The position numbers and the translations under genes are program-made. This document shows, in pieces, positions 15,601 to 28,806 of a DNA stretch of 63,954 nucleotides (the first letter of the stretch is position 1; the number at the start of each line of letters is the position of its first letter). The notes below the pieces were generated by a model. It had not been told where the DNA came from. It saw only the letters and a list, made by a program, of their open reading frames with translations, and searched no databases. Where the stretch lies: assembly GCA_048213135.1 (NCBI GenBank), contig PS015119.1, positions 53,746 through 117,699 of the forward strand, in the 5' to 3' direction. This DNA is from Reclinomonas americana ATCC 50394. Lineage: Eukaryota.

Positions 15601-16629
15601 NNNNNNNNNNNNNNNNNNNNNNNNNNNNNNNNNNNNNNNNNNNNNNNNNNNNNNNNNNNNNNNNNNNNNNNNNNNNNNNNNNNNNNNNNNNNNNNNNNNN
15701 NNNNNNNNNNNNNNNNNNNNNNNNNNNNNNNNNNNNNNNNNNNNNNNNNNNNNNNNNNNNNNNNNNNNNNNNNNNNNNNNNNNNNNNNNNNNNNNNNNNN
15801 NNNNNNNNNNNNNNNNNNNNNNNNNNNNNNNNNNNNNNNNNNNNNNNNNNNNNNNNNNNNNNNNNNNNNNNNNNNNNNNNNNNNNNNNNNNNNNNNNNNN
15901 NNNNNNNNNNNNNNNNNNNNNNNNNNNNNNNNNNNNNNNNNNNNNNNNNNNNNNNNNNNNNNNNNNNNNNNNNNNNNNNNNNNNNNNNNNNNNNNNNNNN
16001 NNNNNNNNNNNNNNNNNNNNNNNNNNNNNNNNNNNNNNNNNNNNNNNNNNNNNNNNNNNNNNNNNNNNNNNNNNNNNNNNNNNNNNNNNNNNNNNNNNNN
16101 NNNNNNNNNCGTGTTGTTCGTTGTGCTGAAACGTCAACGCCAAGTGCACATGCAAACGACACGTGCGACGGGCGACGACGACGACCACACTGACCAGGAA
16201 TCTCTGTTGCGTCCCACGAGATGGTGGCCTCCAGGCCAGTCACGTTGAGGTCGAGCAGTGTGCTGGCGCGAACGCCCTCGCGATCAGGCTGACGCGTTTG
16301 CCGGAACCAGCTCAGTGGCGCGATGCTCAGCCACACTCGCGCAATGCGCACGTGCAACACCGCAATCACTCCATTTCGTCTCTGTGTGTGTGCGCGCATG
16401 AGCACATAGAGCGCGACGCAGAGAGAGCGAGAGAGTTGCTGACCAACACAGCCTGTGCCAAGTGCAAATGTCGCACACCAAACACGCCCAGTGCGGAGAC
16501 CTTGACATGACAGCCGAGCAGGCGAGAGAGCTTCTGTGCGAGGTATCGAGCGCCCAGCCATCGCAACACAAACACCACTGTCACTAGCAAGCCAACAAAC
16601 AGCCACAGAAGCGTCCACAGAATCGACAT
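3729..16629 (-). CDS. Bridge-like lipid transfer protein, BLTP2/KIAA0100/Hobbit/Fmp27/SABRE family (many exons)
   Basis: ATG at 16629 begins a hydrophobic anchor MSILWTLLWLFVGLLVTVVFVLRWLG. The C-terminal Apt1-type segment reads ELMKDRARRNKTFDYIKIQETTLLLSFKG...YHDVTWTMKEFGEQAKK. Spliced 3' exons end in an acidic tail with TGA at 3731-3729. The very large size fits the family. Internal exons were not all traced. Confidence 0.8.
7104..7212. repeat. (CA)n/(TG)n microsatellite in a BLTP2 intron
   Basis: Direct observation of a long CA run. Confidence 0.95.
15282..16392. repeat. About 283-bp exact direct duplication flanking an N-gap (15282-15564 = 16110-16392); probable scaffolding artefact
   Basis: Identical sequence cgtgttgttcgttgtgctgaaacg...tctgtgtgtgtg lies on both sides of the gap. 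Confidence 0.85.
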
Positions 16630-16718
16630 TCTTCCTCGCCTCAAGGCATAACGAAGAAGGGAGACAAGTGAGAGAGGACGGAGGACGCGCGCAAATAGTT
16701 TTGTCTTTGGTTTTTGTG

Positions 16719-17234
16719 ATGAGTGAGGCCAGGCGGACTGAGTGGTGCGCAGTGGTGTGTGAAGACTTGTGTGTAGCCAGTGGGGAGCCGGTGGGAGGTG
16801 GTACGCGATCGCAGAGTGAGAGCACATGTGACTGATATATATCGATATCGAGCTGACAAGAGTGGTTGGAACGGTGTGCAGCGAGCTACGGTCGCTCTGG
16901 TGGTGGCAGTGATCAAGTACTCGTGGCGGGAAGCAGCTGCATCGGTCAGCAGAACAACGAGCATCGGATGACGCGCAGTGACAGTGCCCCCGAGACCTCG
17001 GCTGTCTGTGGACCTTCTCCTCCTGCATGTGCAGGCAACAACGGTCGCAGCAGTGGTCGGCGTGCACATGAAGCACTCTCCTTCATCGCCCTGTCAGATC
17101 TAGACCTGAAACCAGACGTGTTTTACACATGCACGTGCACGCACGACCAGTTCGATCTCCTTTACACGACCAGATATGAGCCTGTCCGGTGGAGTAGCTT
17201 GCCCCCGCCTACACCCACCGAGGAGGCGACGTAG
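16719..17234 (+). CDS. Small hypothetical protein (about 114 aa, 3 exons), divergent from BLTP2
   Basis: ATG at 16719. Phase-1 GT-AG introns at 16801-16881 and 16945-17034 keep the frame to TAG at 17234 (MSEARRTEWCAVVCEDLC...LKPDVFYTCTCTHDQFDLLYTTRYEPVRW). No homology recognised. Confidence 0.4.
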
Positions 17235-17314
17235 ATGGAGAAGGTGAAGGGAAACTGAATGAAAACGGACGAAGATGTTCTGTAAATCACCAAACACACA
17301 CCCTTTCTTTCATC

Positions 17315-19359
17315 ATGCGTCGCGCACTGACTGAGGCCGAGTGGACCGAGCTGTGCACAGTGGTGTTTGGCGACTCGTCTGTGGCGGCCGATGGAGTGTG
17401 GAACCTGCAAGGCTTCTCGTACTTGGCAGAGGAGGTGGGCTTTGAGCAGGCGCGCAATGGACCGTGTGGAGTGCTGGCCGCCGTGCAGTGCCACTTACTC
17501 AATGAGTTGGTGTGGCCAGCGGGCGATGGTGAGTTGCAGGAGAGAGCGACTGTGTGTGAGAGAGAGTCTGACCACGCGTGTGTGAGCATGCAGAGAGCGT
17601 GTGTGGCTCGTGGAAGGGCGTGAGTGCGGATCGGCGATCAGTGGCGCTCATGGCTGCAGTGATCAAGTGTTTGCGGCAGGCAGCAGCACCGTCGTCATCG
17701 CTGCTTCGTGTGATGGTGCCTGCAGATGAGGTTTGCATCCATTCTCATCTTTGCCTATCTCTCTCTCACTCTCTCCCTCGTCTGCCTCTGATTGCGGTGC
17801 ACGCAGAGCTCTGGCAACGTGTTTGCCGACTCGGTGCGCCCTCCATCGGTGCTGGAGACAGTGTGTGTGTTGGAGGTGCCAGTGGAGAGTGCCGACGAGC
17901 TGCGACGCGCCTTGCTGCCGTTCGTGCATGTGTTGGAGCAGCCGGGCGGCTTGCTGTTATTCTTGTACTCGCTGGTGTTGACGCGAGGTGTCGAGCAGGT
18001 GTGCGCGACACGCTGGTGAGGTCTTCTCCCTGTGTGGTGGTTGCTTATCGATGTTGGATGCAGATTCGACGAGACATGTCGCAGGATCCGACGCAAAACT
18101 TCTTTCACGATTGCTCGTTGGTGGCCACCGACGATGGCTTCTGCACGCAGGCGGTGACGAACTTGGTGATTGCCGGGCGCGCTTCGTTTGACGTGCGCGA
18201 GGATTTCTCCGATGTGAGTCTTTGCGTCTTGTGGATGCCTGCTCTTCTATTGACGCTCTCCGTGCAGCACCCGCCCAGCGTCGGTCTGTTGGCTCTGGAG
18301 GAGGCCGAGTCGAGGGGAGTGGTCACCGTTGGGCACGTGCTCAAGCGACCCAAGTGTCCGTGCTGGGTCGTCGAAGGCGCTGGCCACTACACCACCTTGT
18401 GTGCGCTGCAGGCAAGTGATTCATGTCAGGCGATGCCCCCCGTCCCGTCTGACTCGTGTTCTCACGATGTATGGAGGTCAGCCGGTGGTTTCTGCACCCG
18501 AGAATCCTGGTGTTCCGGTGTCGTTTTTGGCCTACAACGGCCTGCGACCGGGCGGACCGCGCTTTGTCGAGTTCCAAGCGGATCTCGGCACGCTCGACGT
18601 GACGCGCACCTCTCTCGTGCGCTTGTCGGATTCGTCTCCCGTGCCACCCCCACCGCCAGCGGCACCACCGGCACCCGACACGGTCGCCAGTGAACCGGGC
18701 CCATCGTCGTCGTCGTCGTCGTCGTCTGCAGCGAGTGGCAGTGGCGCGACGATGAAACCCGGAGTGCACGTGCAAATGATTGTGTCGCGTGAAAGGAGCT
18801 CCGTGGACGGTACGTGGTTGTACGAGGTGGCCTGTTCCGTCAAATTGCCACCTCCACGTCAACCGTCACTCGGCATGCTGCTTGACGAGAGCGCTCCCGA
18901 CGGCATTCCCTGGTTCGATCGCATGGGCACTGGTGAGGAATGCTGATGCCTTTTGTGCTTTCGCTCACCCAGACTCTTTCGCTCACCACGCCTACGCCCA
19001 GTGGTTCGACACGAATGGGAGGTTGGTGTACCGCGGCCGAAATGGCGCTGTGCGCACTGCACGCTACTGCCCGATATTTGCTGGAGCGCGTACCACGAGC
19101 CGGATCACATTCTGTGCACCGAGTGCCTGCTTCCGATTGAGGAGTGCGGCCGCACGCTTTGGTTGCCGTACGAAATGCTGCCAATGTCGGCCAAGGTAAC
19201 GTTTCTCTCTGCTGACAAGGTGGGTGTCGATACTCATCACTCGTGCTGCACTAGCGACGAGTGGACGATACGTATGCGCCGCCCATCGCCCGCGTGTTGC
19301 GCACCCGATGGCCCGAGGCACGCATCACACATGCTCCTGAGCCACCGCCATCATTGTAG
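17315..19359 (+). CDS. MINDY-3/4 (FAM188)-family deubiquitinase with an inserted C4 zinc finger
   Basis: Catalytic motif GFEQARNGPCGVLAAVQ, plus LFLYSLVLTRG, FCTQAVTNLVIAGRA, VGHVLKRPKCPCWVV..GHYT, YNGL and a C-terminal VLRTRWP. Stop TAG at 19357-19359. Confidence 0.88.
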
Positions 19360-19421
19360 GATATTCTTTCACTGTGTATACAATTCGTCTTTCATGCATG
19401 TGTGCGTGTGGGCTGGTGCGA

Positions 19422-22400
19422 TTACTTCTTGCGAGTGAGCGCGCGACCGAGCTTCTCCTTCAGGTCGAGTTCGACCTCCTGCTCACGCACAACGCGAGTG
19501 AGTGATTCGGTGGTCACCTCTCCTGCCGCGCACTACCAGCGTGTCACATGTACCTTGCGGGCACTGGAGGGTGCCGGAAGCGAGTTCTCCTTCTCCGTGT
19601 CGAAACCAATCAGCTTGGTGGCCGAGGAGCGTGTCACTCGACCCGACGCTGTTGCACCGTCAACAGCATCATCTGGTTGGGGGGNNNNNNNNNNNNNNNN
19701 NNNNNNNNNNNNNNNNNNNNNNNNNNNNNNNNNNNNNNNNNNNNNNNNNNNNNNNNNNNNNNNNNNNNNNNNNNNNNNNNNNNNNNNNNNNNNNNNNNNN
19801 NNNNNNNNNNNNNNNNNNNNNNNNNNNNNNNNNNNNNNNNNNNNNNNNNNNNNNNNNNNNNNNNNNNNNNNNNNNNNNNNNNNNNNNNNNNNNNNNNNNN
19901 NNNNNNNNNNNNNNNNNNNNNNNNNNNNNNNNNNNNNNNNNNNNNNNNNNNNNNNNNNNNNNNNNNNNNNNNNNNNNNNNNNNNNNNNNNNNNNNNNNNN
20001 NNNNNNNNNNNNNNNNNNNNNNNNNNNNNNNNNNNNNNNNNNNNNNNNNNNNNNNNNNNNNNNNNNNNNNNNNNNNNNNNNNNNNNNNNNNNNNNNNNNN
20101 NNNNNNNNNNNNNNNNNNNNNNNNNNNNNNNNNNNNNNNNNNNNNNNNNNNNNNNNNNNNNNNNNNNNNNNNNNNNNNNNNNNNNNNNNNNNNNNNNNNN
20201 NNNNNNNNNNNNNNNNNNNNNNNNNNNNNNNNNNNNNNNNNNNNNNNNNNNNNNNNNNNNNNNNNNNNNNNNNNNNNNNNNNNNNNNNNNNNNNNNNNNN
20301 NNNNNNNNNNNNNNNNNNNNNNNNNNNNNNNNNNNNNNNNNNNNNNNNNNNNNNNNNNNNNNNNNNNNNNNNNNNNNNNNNNNNNNNNNNNCTCTGCACT
20401 GAGGCCGGAGGAATCTCCCTGCGCCAACAGTCGGTTCTCCTCCTTCAGCCGGTCGTTTTCATCCTTCTGCTCAGCGGCAAAAAAAGCATAGTCAAACCAC
20501 GTGAGAAACAACAATGCGCGATGAGTGAAAGTCTTGTGGGCACACACACACACACACACCAGTCGGCGATTGGCCTCGGCATCGGCGGCCAGATCGTTGA
20601 GGGCGCCGTTCTTTGCTGCCAGCTCGTCACGCTCCTCCTCCAGCTCGCGAATCTTGCAGTACGCGCCGTCCAGCTCCTCCTGCAGCGCCTCATCGGGCGA
20701 CACGGCGGGTGGTGGGGGCGGGACGCTGGCCACGCGGTCAATCATGCTCCGCATCTCCACCGTGATGCGTTCGTGCTGCTCGGTGCAGTCGCTGAGCGAC
20801 GCACGCACAGCGCCGAGATCACTCTTCTGCGAGGCAATCGTCATTGACACCTTGCCAATCAGTTGTTGCGTGAGCTCCCGATATCGCGTGAGTCGGTCGG
20901 CTGCCAGCGTCTCCGCCTCGCTCGACCGCTGCTCCAGCTCAGCGAACTCGTCGGTCTTGGTCTGCAGCTGTTCGCGCACCGCGTCCAACTCGGTCTCCAG
21001 CTGCTGTCGCTCGCGTTCTACCGCTTCCAGCTCCTCAAAGGCGTCGTCACGCTCCTTCACCAGCGCCAGCTTCTCCGTCGACAGCTCCGAGCTCTGCTTG
21101 TAGGCACTCTCCAGCTCGCGTGCCGTCTCCTCCAGCTGCTCAATCGATTTCTGCAACTGCGACTTGCTCTCCTCCAGCTCCTGGCGCACAATGGTGATTG
21201 TGGTCTGTTCGCCCTCCAGACGCTCCTTCAGCTGCTCCAGCTCGTCTTGCAGCGCCTCACGTTCATCCGTAAACTGCAAGTGCGTACTTCGGGTGAGACC
21301 ACGTGCGTGCGCAACAGCGCTGGAATGGCGATATAGGGTCACCTTGAACTCGGCATCGGTGAGTGCCTCGGCGAGGCTTACGCGCTGCGCCTCGGCATCA
21401 GTAAAGGCCTGCTTGAATTTGCTGGCCTCGGCCATTGACTCGTCCAGTTGCTTGGTGAGGCTGCTCACACGAGCGCCAAGCTCCGCGACCTTGGACTCTG
21501 AGACGAGAGTGCGAGAGTGAGGATGAGATCGTGCAAAACGGCTCACAGCAGTCTATGAGCTCGCACCTTGTTCAGTCAGTTGCTCACGGAGGGTGGATGC
21601 CGCCGACAGGGCGAGCTCGGCCTGTTCGCGCGTGCTCTTTTCGGTCTCGACCAGATCGCCGTGAGTGGACGACAGCTCCAGCAGGCTGCGTGTAGTCGAA
21701 GTGTGAGCAGAAAAGCTGAAACGAAAATGGCAGCACAAGCAAGACGACTCACCGGTCATTCATCTCCTTGATGGTGGCCTCGCTGATGAGGCACTCCTTG
21801 GAGAGGTCGGCCACACGCCGTTCCAATTCGGCAACAGTGCCCTGTGCCTGGTGAACGAAATAGAGCAGTCAGCATTTCGTCCACGCAACAACAACCCTCA
21901 ATAAAAGCACTCACCAGCGCGGCATGCGCCTCAAAGTCCTCGGTCAGACGCTGGTGCTGCTCGCGCAACGCAGTCAGCTCCTCGGTGGTCGAGCTCAGTG
22001 CGGATTGCTGCAGCGTGCACAACAATGAGTCACCAATGACGAACCGAAACTAGCTGTCTGACCAATAATTCACCGCCTTTTGCTCCTGCTCCACCAACAT
22101 GGCGTGCTGCTCCTGCAGAGTGTTATGCTGCTCCTGCAACGTCTCCAGCTCGACCTCCAGCTCACAAGCACGCTTCTCGCCAGCCTTGGCCGCCGTCTGC
22201 AGCTCCTTGGTGCGGTTGTCCACCTTCTGCAGCTTCTCATTCTGCTTCTCCAGGCGCGTCACTTGCTTCTGCAGCTCCTTGAATTCGGCCTCGCGCTTGC
22301 GCAACGAGTCCTGCACATCGGCCTTCTCTCGGTTCACCGCTTGCACACGCTCGCGTGCCTCCTTCAGCGCCCGCTCCGCCTTCTCCTTGTCCTCCACCAG

Positions 22401-25400
22401 TCGATCGCGATCACGAGTGGCCGCGTTCTCCTGCTGCTGAGCAGAGCGCAGCTGGTGGCAACGATTTCCCACGTGAGCACAGCGTTGCAATGTTGTTGAG
22501 AAATGATAAAACTCACCGCCTTGGTGAGCTCTCCAATCTCCTTTGTCGACTCTCGCTGCTTCTCGCGCAGTGCCTCCACCTCGGCACGAATCTTGCCACT
22601 CTCCTTGTCAAGATCGGCCGCGGCGCGGTCACGCTCCTTGGTCATCGAGTTGACCTGTCGCTCCAGCGACTGCCGAGGACTCAGTCAGTTTCTTGCCACG
22701 CACTGTGGAAAATCACAACTGTGTATTCGCACCTCATTGGCCGATGTGATCTCCGTGACGTTGCGAGAGAGCTTGGTTGCCTGGTCGGCAAGACGCAGTT
22801 TCTCGCGCTGCACGTCTTGCATCTCCTCCTGTGGTTGGTGGTGTTGGTGAGAGTTGGGAGAAAACAGAGAATATGCGCTGTCTCTGTTCACACCTGCAAC
22901 CTCTCCAGGGCCTGCTGCTTGGATCCGAGTTGAGCAACCAACTCGTCCAACTTGCCGGCCAGTTCATCGCGCTGCATGATAGGAGTGTCAGTGGGTAGCA
23001 CATTGTGGAGTGCGCGTGGCGCACGCAATCATTCACCTCGTCACTGACGGTCGTCGCTCGCTTCTTGCTGGCCTCCAATGCACCACGCAGATTCTCCACC
23101 GCAATGTGCAGTTCCTTGGCCTCGGACGACGTCGCCTCGGCAGTGGCCGAGCGATTGCGCATGGCCTCCTGCGTTTGGTCGAGCTTGGTTGTGCAGTCGT
23201 GCAGCGCACGCTCCAGCTCCGTCACCCTGGTGGTCAATGCCACCACTTCGGCGCCACTGGCTGCCGCTTGTGCACGGAGTCGCTGTACAACAATGTCTTT
23301 TCGTCAGCACAAGATGCACAAACGGTCGGCTTGTTTCACGCACCTGCAGTTCCTCCTCGGCACTCTCTGCGCGCTTCTGCTGACGCGACGACTGCTGCGC
23401 CTCCGACGAGGACGTCTCATCAAGTCGATGTTGCGCCTGCTGAAGTTCGCGCTCGAGTGCTGTAATGCGTGTGCGGGCGCTGTCGCGCTCCTGCACACAC
23501 AGATCACGCGACATCTGTAGAGAACGGAGCTGAGGTTCTCCAATGCAAGGCGGGAAGAACGATGGATGCTTGTAACACGCACCTGCAACTGCTGCACTTG
23601 CTTCTCCAGCAACTCGACAGTCATGCCACCCGTGGTTCCAGCGCGGGTGGCCGACGCCAGCTCCGCTTTCAGACGAGCAACTTCGAGTTTCAGCTCCTGT
23701 GGCATAAGCAAATGAGTGACAGGATGTGGGGCGAGGTGAACAATGCCGGCAGTGCGCCAACCTCGGCACGCTGGTGCTGGTCCTTGGTCTCCTTGACACT
23801 GCCACCCAGGTCCTTTTCCAGCCGTCCGATCTTCAGCTGCAGGCTCTGTCGTTCAGCCTGCCAAGCAGCCTCACTCTGCGCCATCCTTCAGTGTAAGCAC
23901 ATGCTTCACGGCAAACAGGAGGCAGTGTAGTATGAAACACACCTTGCCAGACTGCTCGTGTGCGGTGGCCAGCAGCTGGCGGAGCTCCTGAACCTCGGCC
24001 GTGTGTGTCGTGGTCTCCTTCTCGCGCACCAGTTGGTGATTGTCAGCCGGCGCTGATGCACTGCGCAGCGAGTCGACAGTGGCTTGAAGAGCGGCCACTT
24101 GCTTCTCGGCATCTGTGGAAATAAATCGCGGTTGCTGAGTGCATGGGAGTGTGTTGCGAACGGACACGTGACGAACCCGCCAGTGTGCACAGCTTCATCT
24201 TGATCTCTGTGTTCTCAAACTCCAATTCGTCAAAGCGAGCGAGTTTTACACGCGCAGCCTCCACCTCCTCCGTGAGCTGCATGGCGCGTGCACAATTGGG
24301 CAACCCGAATTAAAAGCACACAACAAGACAAGGAAACGGAAAACTAACCGTCTGCACTTCGCCCATGCGCTGCGCGAGCTCGGCCTCCAATCGCGTAATC
24401 TTCAACTCGGCACTCTTTGTGGTGATCAGCGAGCTCTCCCGTTCTCGGCGGAACTCGGCCTCCTGTGTGCGAGCGCGAGAATGTGAGCGAGGGAGAAACT
24501 ATGCAAAGCCTGTGGGCGGGCAACGCAACTTGTTCAGCCAGTTGAGCCAGGGCGACGCGGCTCTGCTCGACCACCTCATCGTAGGCGACTTGCAGTTGCT
24601 CCACTTGCACACGCAGTTCGTCGGTCTCCGCGGCTGCCTTGTCGAGATCCTCGGTAACCTCGCGGATGATTTCATCCTGCCTCGCTGTCAGTCCATGTAT
24701 TAGGCGGTAAGACACTCTTCAGCCACCAAGTACCTTCTCCGCAAGCTGTTGCTGCAGTTCTTCAACCTCGTCGCTGCTGGAGCTCGGCGCTGGCGCAGGC
24801 GCGGCGGCCAGTTCTACAATGATTAAGAATGATATGAGGAAGAATGAAGAGCCTGCATATGCGTATCACACCCAGCCTCACCAGCGACGCGCTGCTCGAG
24901 GCCACGTACGACTGTCTCCTTCTCCTCGATCAACAACTCCAGTTCGTAGATGCGAAGAGAGGAACTGGTGGCCGACTCGTCTGCTGCAGAGAAGAAGAAT
25001 AGTCAGCCGGCGCCGCAAGCATACTCCCTGGAATGCAACACACACCTGAAGCAACCGGCGACGACGGCAGCGCGGGAGCTGCAGCCGGTCCCGACGGGCT
25101 TGCTGTCGAGAGGGCCTCATCGAGGCGGGTGCGCAACTCGGTCAGGCGGCTCTCGTACTGCTCAGCCACAAACTCCAACTCTTGCTGCAGCAACTGCTCC
25201 TTGCCAGCAGTGTCGTTCACCGTGACAGAAATTGGCAGCGACAACTGGAACACTGGCGATTCCGCAACGGCGACAGGAGCCACGGCAGCGGCCAACTGCT
25301 GCTGCAGACTGTCCACCTGCTCTCGCAGTTCGCCAATCAGCTGATCGTCAACTTGCACCGCACTGTCGATGGATTCACGAGCCGCGATCTGCAGCTGCAA

Positions 25401-28400
25401 CTCGGCAATGTGGGCCTGCAGTTGCAGAACGGCCTCGTCGGTGAATTCCTCTGTCGCAGTCTCCGCATCGGCGAATTCAGGTCGTTGTTGCACCTCGGCC
25501 AGCTGCTGCATTGCGGCCTCCAGCTTCTCGTGCAACTCGTCAATGGTGGCGCCGCACTCTTCCGTCTGCGACTCGGCCGCCTCAGTCTCGGCGCGAACTT
25601 GCAGCTGGGCAATTTGCTCCCGGGCCTCGGCCAACTGTTGCTCCAGTGACTCGATCTGTGAGACAATCATAAGTGAGTACACCCGTCGCGCTCTGTACAC
25701 CACTCCGCACACAAACCTGCTTGGTCATGTCCTCCACTCGTAGGTCGATGCGCAGAGTGACTTCGGGGCCATTTTCCTGCGCGAAACATGGGAGGTCAGT
25801 TGATTGCACCGAGACGACACAAGAACGATAGCTGCTCACCTTGAGGAGGGCAATCTGCGACTCAAAGTCAGCCACCACAATGTCCATCTCCTCGCGCATC
25901 TGGCCTTCGGCTTGCTCCATCGCCTCCTTCATGGCAAGCATTGCCGCCTCCAGCTGCGCCAAGAATTTCTGTTAGCAGACAGCGTATCGAGCCTCTCCCG
26001 GAGCACTTCGCAACTTCACGGTTGTTGGCCAGAAGCTCGCGGTACACTTCCTCGGACACCGAGTTTGCCTGAGCGCCGCCGTCCTCACTGAGCTCGGCTA
26101 GGAGAGTCTCCAGCTGCGCAGCGTGTTACAATGAGGAAAACCAAACACAACTCTTCTGTGATCACAGACACACCTCGTTGCAGCGATTGTTGGCGGTGCC
26201 CAGCTGTATCTCCAGTGCCTCCTTCTCCTCGTTGACCATCTCCACCTCCACCTTGCGTTCCTCGAGCTCCAGCTCCAGAGTGCTCTGTGAGTCCTGCAAA
26301 TCGCGAATGCGCTCGAGCAGGTCTGCAATCTCGTAGTCCTTTTTCTGCAGCACACAATCACAAACACATTGTCAGCTGGCAACACGTAAACATGTGCGCA
26401 CAAAAGTACACTGACCTCAATGTCGTGTTGCAGCTTGTGGTTCTCCTTTTCCATGTGCGCCATGTGCTGCTCCATCTCCGGTGTCACTGCAGCGGAAAGG
26501 CACGTTAATAGGTGCGTGCGACTTGTGGGAGATGGTGGGGTGTACGCAACAAACGGGCTGGCGCGACTTGAACTTGGCATCGAGCTGCGCCTTGCTCTCC
26601 AGCATCTCTGCCATCTCCTGCACTCGTCGCGAGTCGACTACATCATCGGTCGTCGCCGCAGCCGAGGGAGCAGCGACACTCGAGTCGGTGGGGGCGTCGC
26701 CATCGAGAATCAACATTTGACCGGAGCGACGCTCAAACATGACCGTGTGGCGGCGATTTACCGACTGAGGACGAAGANNNNNNNNNNNNNNNNNNNNNNN
26801 NNNNNNNNNNNNNNNNNNNNNNNNNNNNNNNNNNNNNNNNNNNNNNNNNNNNNNNNNNNNNNNNNNNNNNNNNNNNNNNNNNNNNNNNNNNNNNNNNNNN
26901 NNNNNNNNNNNNNNNNNNNNNNNNNNNNNNNNNNNNNNNNNNNNNNNNNNNNNNNNNNNNNNNNNNNNNNNNNNNNNNNNNNNNNNNNNNNNNNNNNNNN
27001 NNNNNNNNNNNNNNNNNNNNNNNNNNNNNNNNNNNNNNNNNNNNNNNNNNNNNNNNNNNNNNNNNNNNNNNNNNNNNNNNNNNNNNNNNNNNNNNNNNNN
27101 NNNNNNNNNNNNNNNNNNNNNNNNNNNNNNNNNNNNNNNNNNNNNNNNNNNNNNNNNNNNNNNNNNNNNNNNNNNNNNNNNNNNNNNNNNNNNNNNNNNN
27201 NNNNNNNNNNNNNNNNNNNNNNNNNNNNNNNNNNNNNNNNNNNNNNNNNNNNNNNNNNNNNNNNNNNNNNNNNNNNNNNCGGTACGGAATGTGGGCACTA
27301 CAGAGAGACAGGCACGACAGTCAGTGACATCAGCGTAGAGTAAATATCGAAGTACTTGGTAGGAACCTGTTGCCCTCGGACAGCTTGCCAATCACGGTGC
27401 CGAGGGTGAGCAGACTCTTGTTGATCAGTCCACCTTCGCGCAACCGCACTCCTTCGGCGCCCGTCTGCGACACACGCTCGCTTCCGGCCAGATCAACCAG
27501 GTGCTGCGTGATGCGACAACGGCAGAATGTGAGACGAAACAAGATGTCGTGGTGCAAAAAGAGCAACTCAATCGGGCATACCAGCGTGGACACGCGCACA
27601 GCTCCGGTGGCCTCGTCGGCGCCCATCTCCCGGCTCTCAATTGTCTGCAACAAGGCACCGGTGAGTACCGGAAGCACGAAACAGTTCACGAGCTGCGTCC
27701 GTACCAGACGGAAGATGGTGTGCGATCGACTGCTCCGCTCGTTCATGTTGGTGGCACCGACATGGCGATGCTCTGCATTCGCGCGATTCGTGAGTCATGA
27801 AACGGACTTATTCGCTGCACGCTCGCGAGACACACAAACCTTCGCCAGACGCCATCAAGTCCATGACTTGCTCGGCGCACATCACCACCTCCTCCTTGAG
27901 GTCTCCGACAAAGACACCGCGCTGTGTGTGTGTGTGTGTGCAGTGAGTCAGTTGCCATGCCGCACTCACGATTTCCCTCAAGTCACGCACCTCCACGTCT
28001 TCGTGGATCTTGAGGTTGTCGCCCTCGGGGTGCAGCAGGTCGCGGATGACCTCATTGTAAATCTCCAGGTACGACACGCGGAGCAGGAACTCGCGGTCGG
28101 GGGTCTCGGTGATCACGCGGAACACGTCGCGGATGGCCATGGGAATGATGCCGGGAGAGCCCGGCGAGCCGTGCATTGTGTGCGTCTTTCCACTGCTCGT
28201 TTGACCTGCAACATAAGGAACGCAACAGTTGGCTTCTGGTGACCAACCCTGCCTCCGCTAGGCGCATTCACTCACCATACGCAAAAATGGTCCCATTGAA
28301 GCCCATCATGGCTGTGTTGTGGACGTTGAATGATTGCACACACATAGGCACATTAACGCAACACACAGCAGCACGCACCTGCTCCGACAATGTCACGTGC

Positions 28401-28806
28401 CACATTGTCGTACAACTCGTTGGTGGTGGTGTCGGGTCCAAAGATGTGATCTGCACAACAACAACAGCGTGTCAATTCACGACCTTACATCGACGCCGTC
28501 ATGACAACCGCGCACACACACACACACCGAACGAGTAAGTGCACGACGGCAACGGGCGTCCAGAGGCATTGCACTGGAACACGCTGGTGGCGACGAGAAA
28601 CACATGAGCATCCCACCAATCAGCACAAAAAACACACACGACACACCTGTTGGCATCGATGCGCCACACTTCGCGCTGACCACTCTTGAGCTCACGCTCA
28701 TTCAGCCTGCCATGTCAACAATGAGCAACAAACGACGTGCACACGCAACGCAGTCAGCACACACTCACGGTCGAACGCGAACAGAGACGGAAATGTGGTC
28801 CGACAT
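19422..28806 (-). CDS. Kinesin-7/CENP-E-like motor with a very long coiled-coil stalk (more than 25 exons, two gaps)
   Basis: Spliced motor motifs [70 protein letters not shown] and HIPYR. E/Q/L-rich coiled-coil exons were traced in frame apart from the gaps. TAA at 19424-19422. Confidence 0.9.

Noticed and set aside
15282-16392. Apparent tandem exon duplication in BLTP2
   Set aside because: The copies are identical and directly flank an N-gap, which is typical of unmerged overlapping contig ends.
17060-17300. Possible structured ncRNA between BLTP2 and MINDY
   Set aside because: No recognisable snRNA, snoRNA or tRNA motifs. It is better explained as the last exon and UTR of a small ORF.
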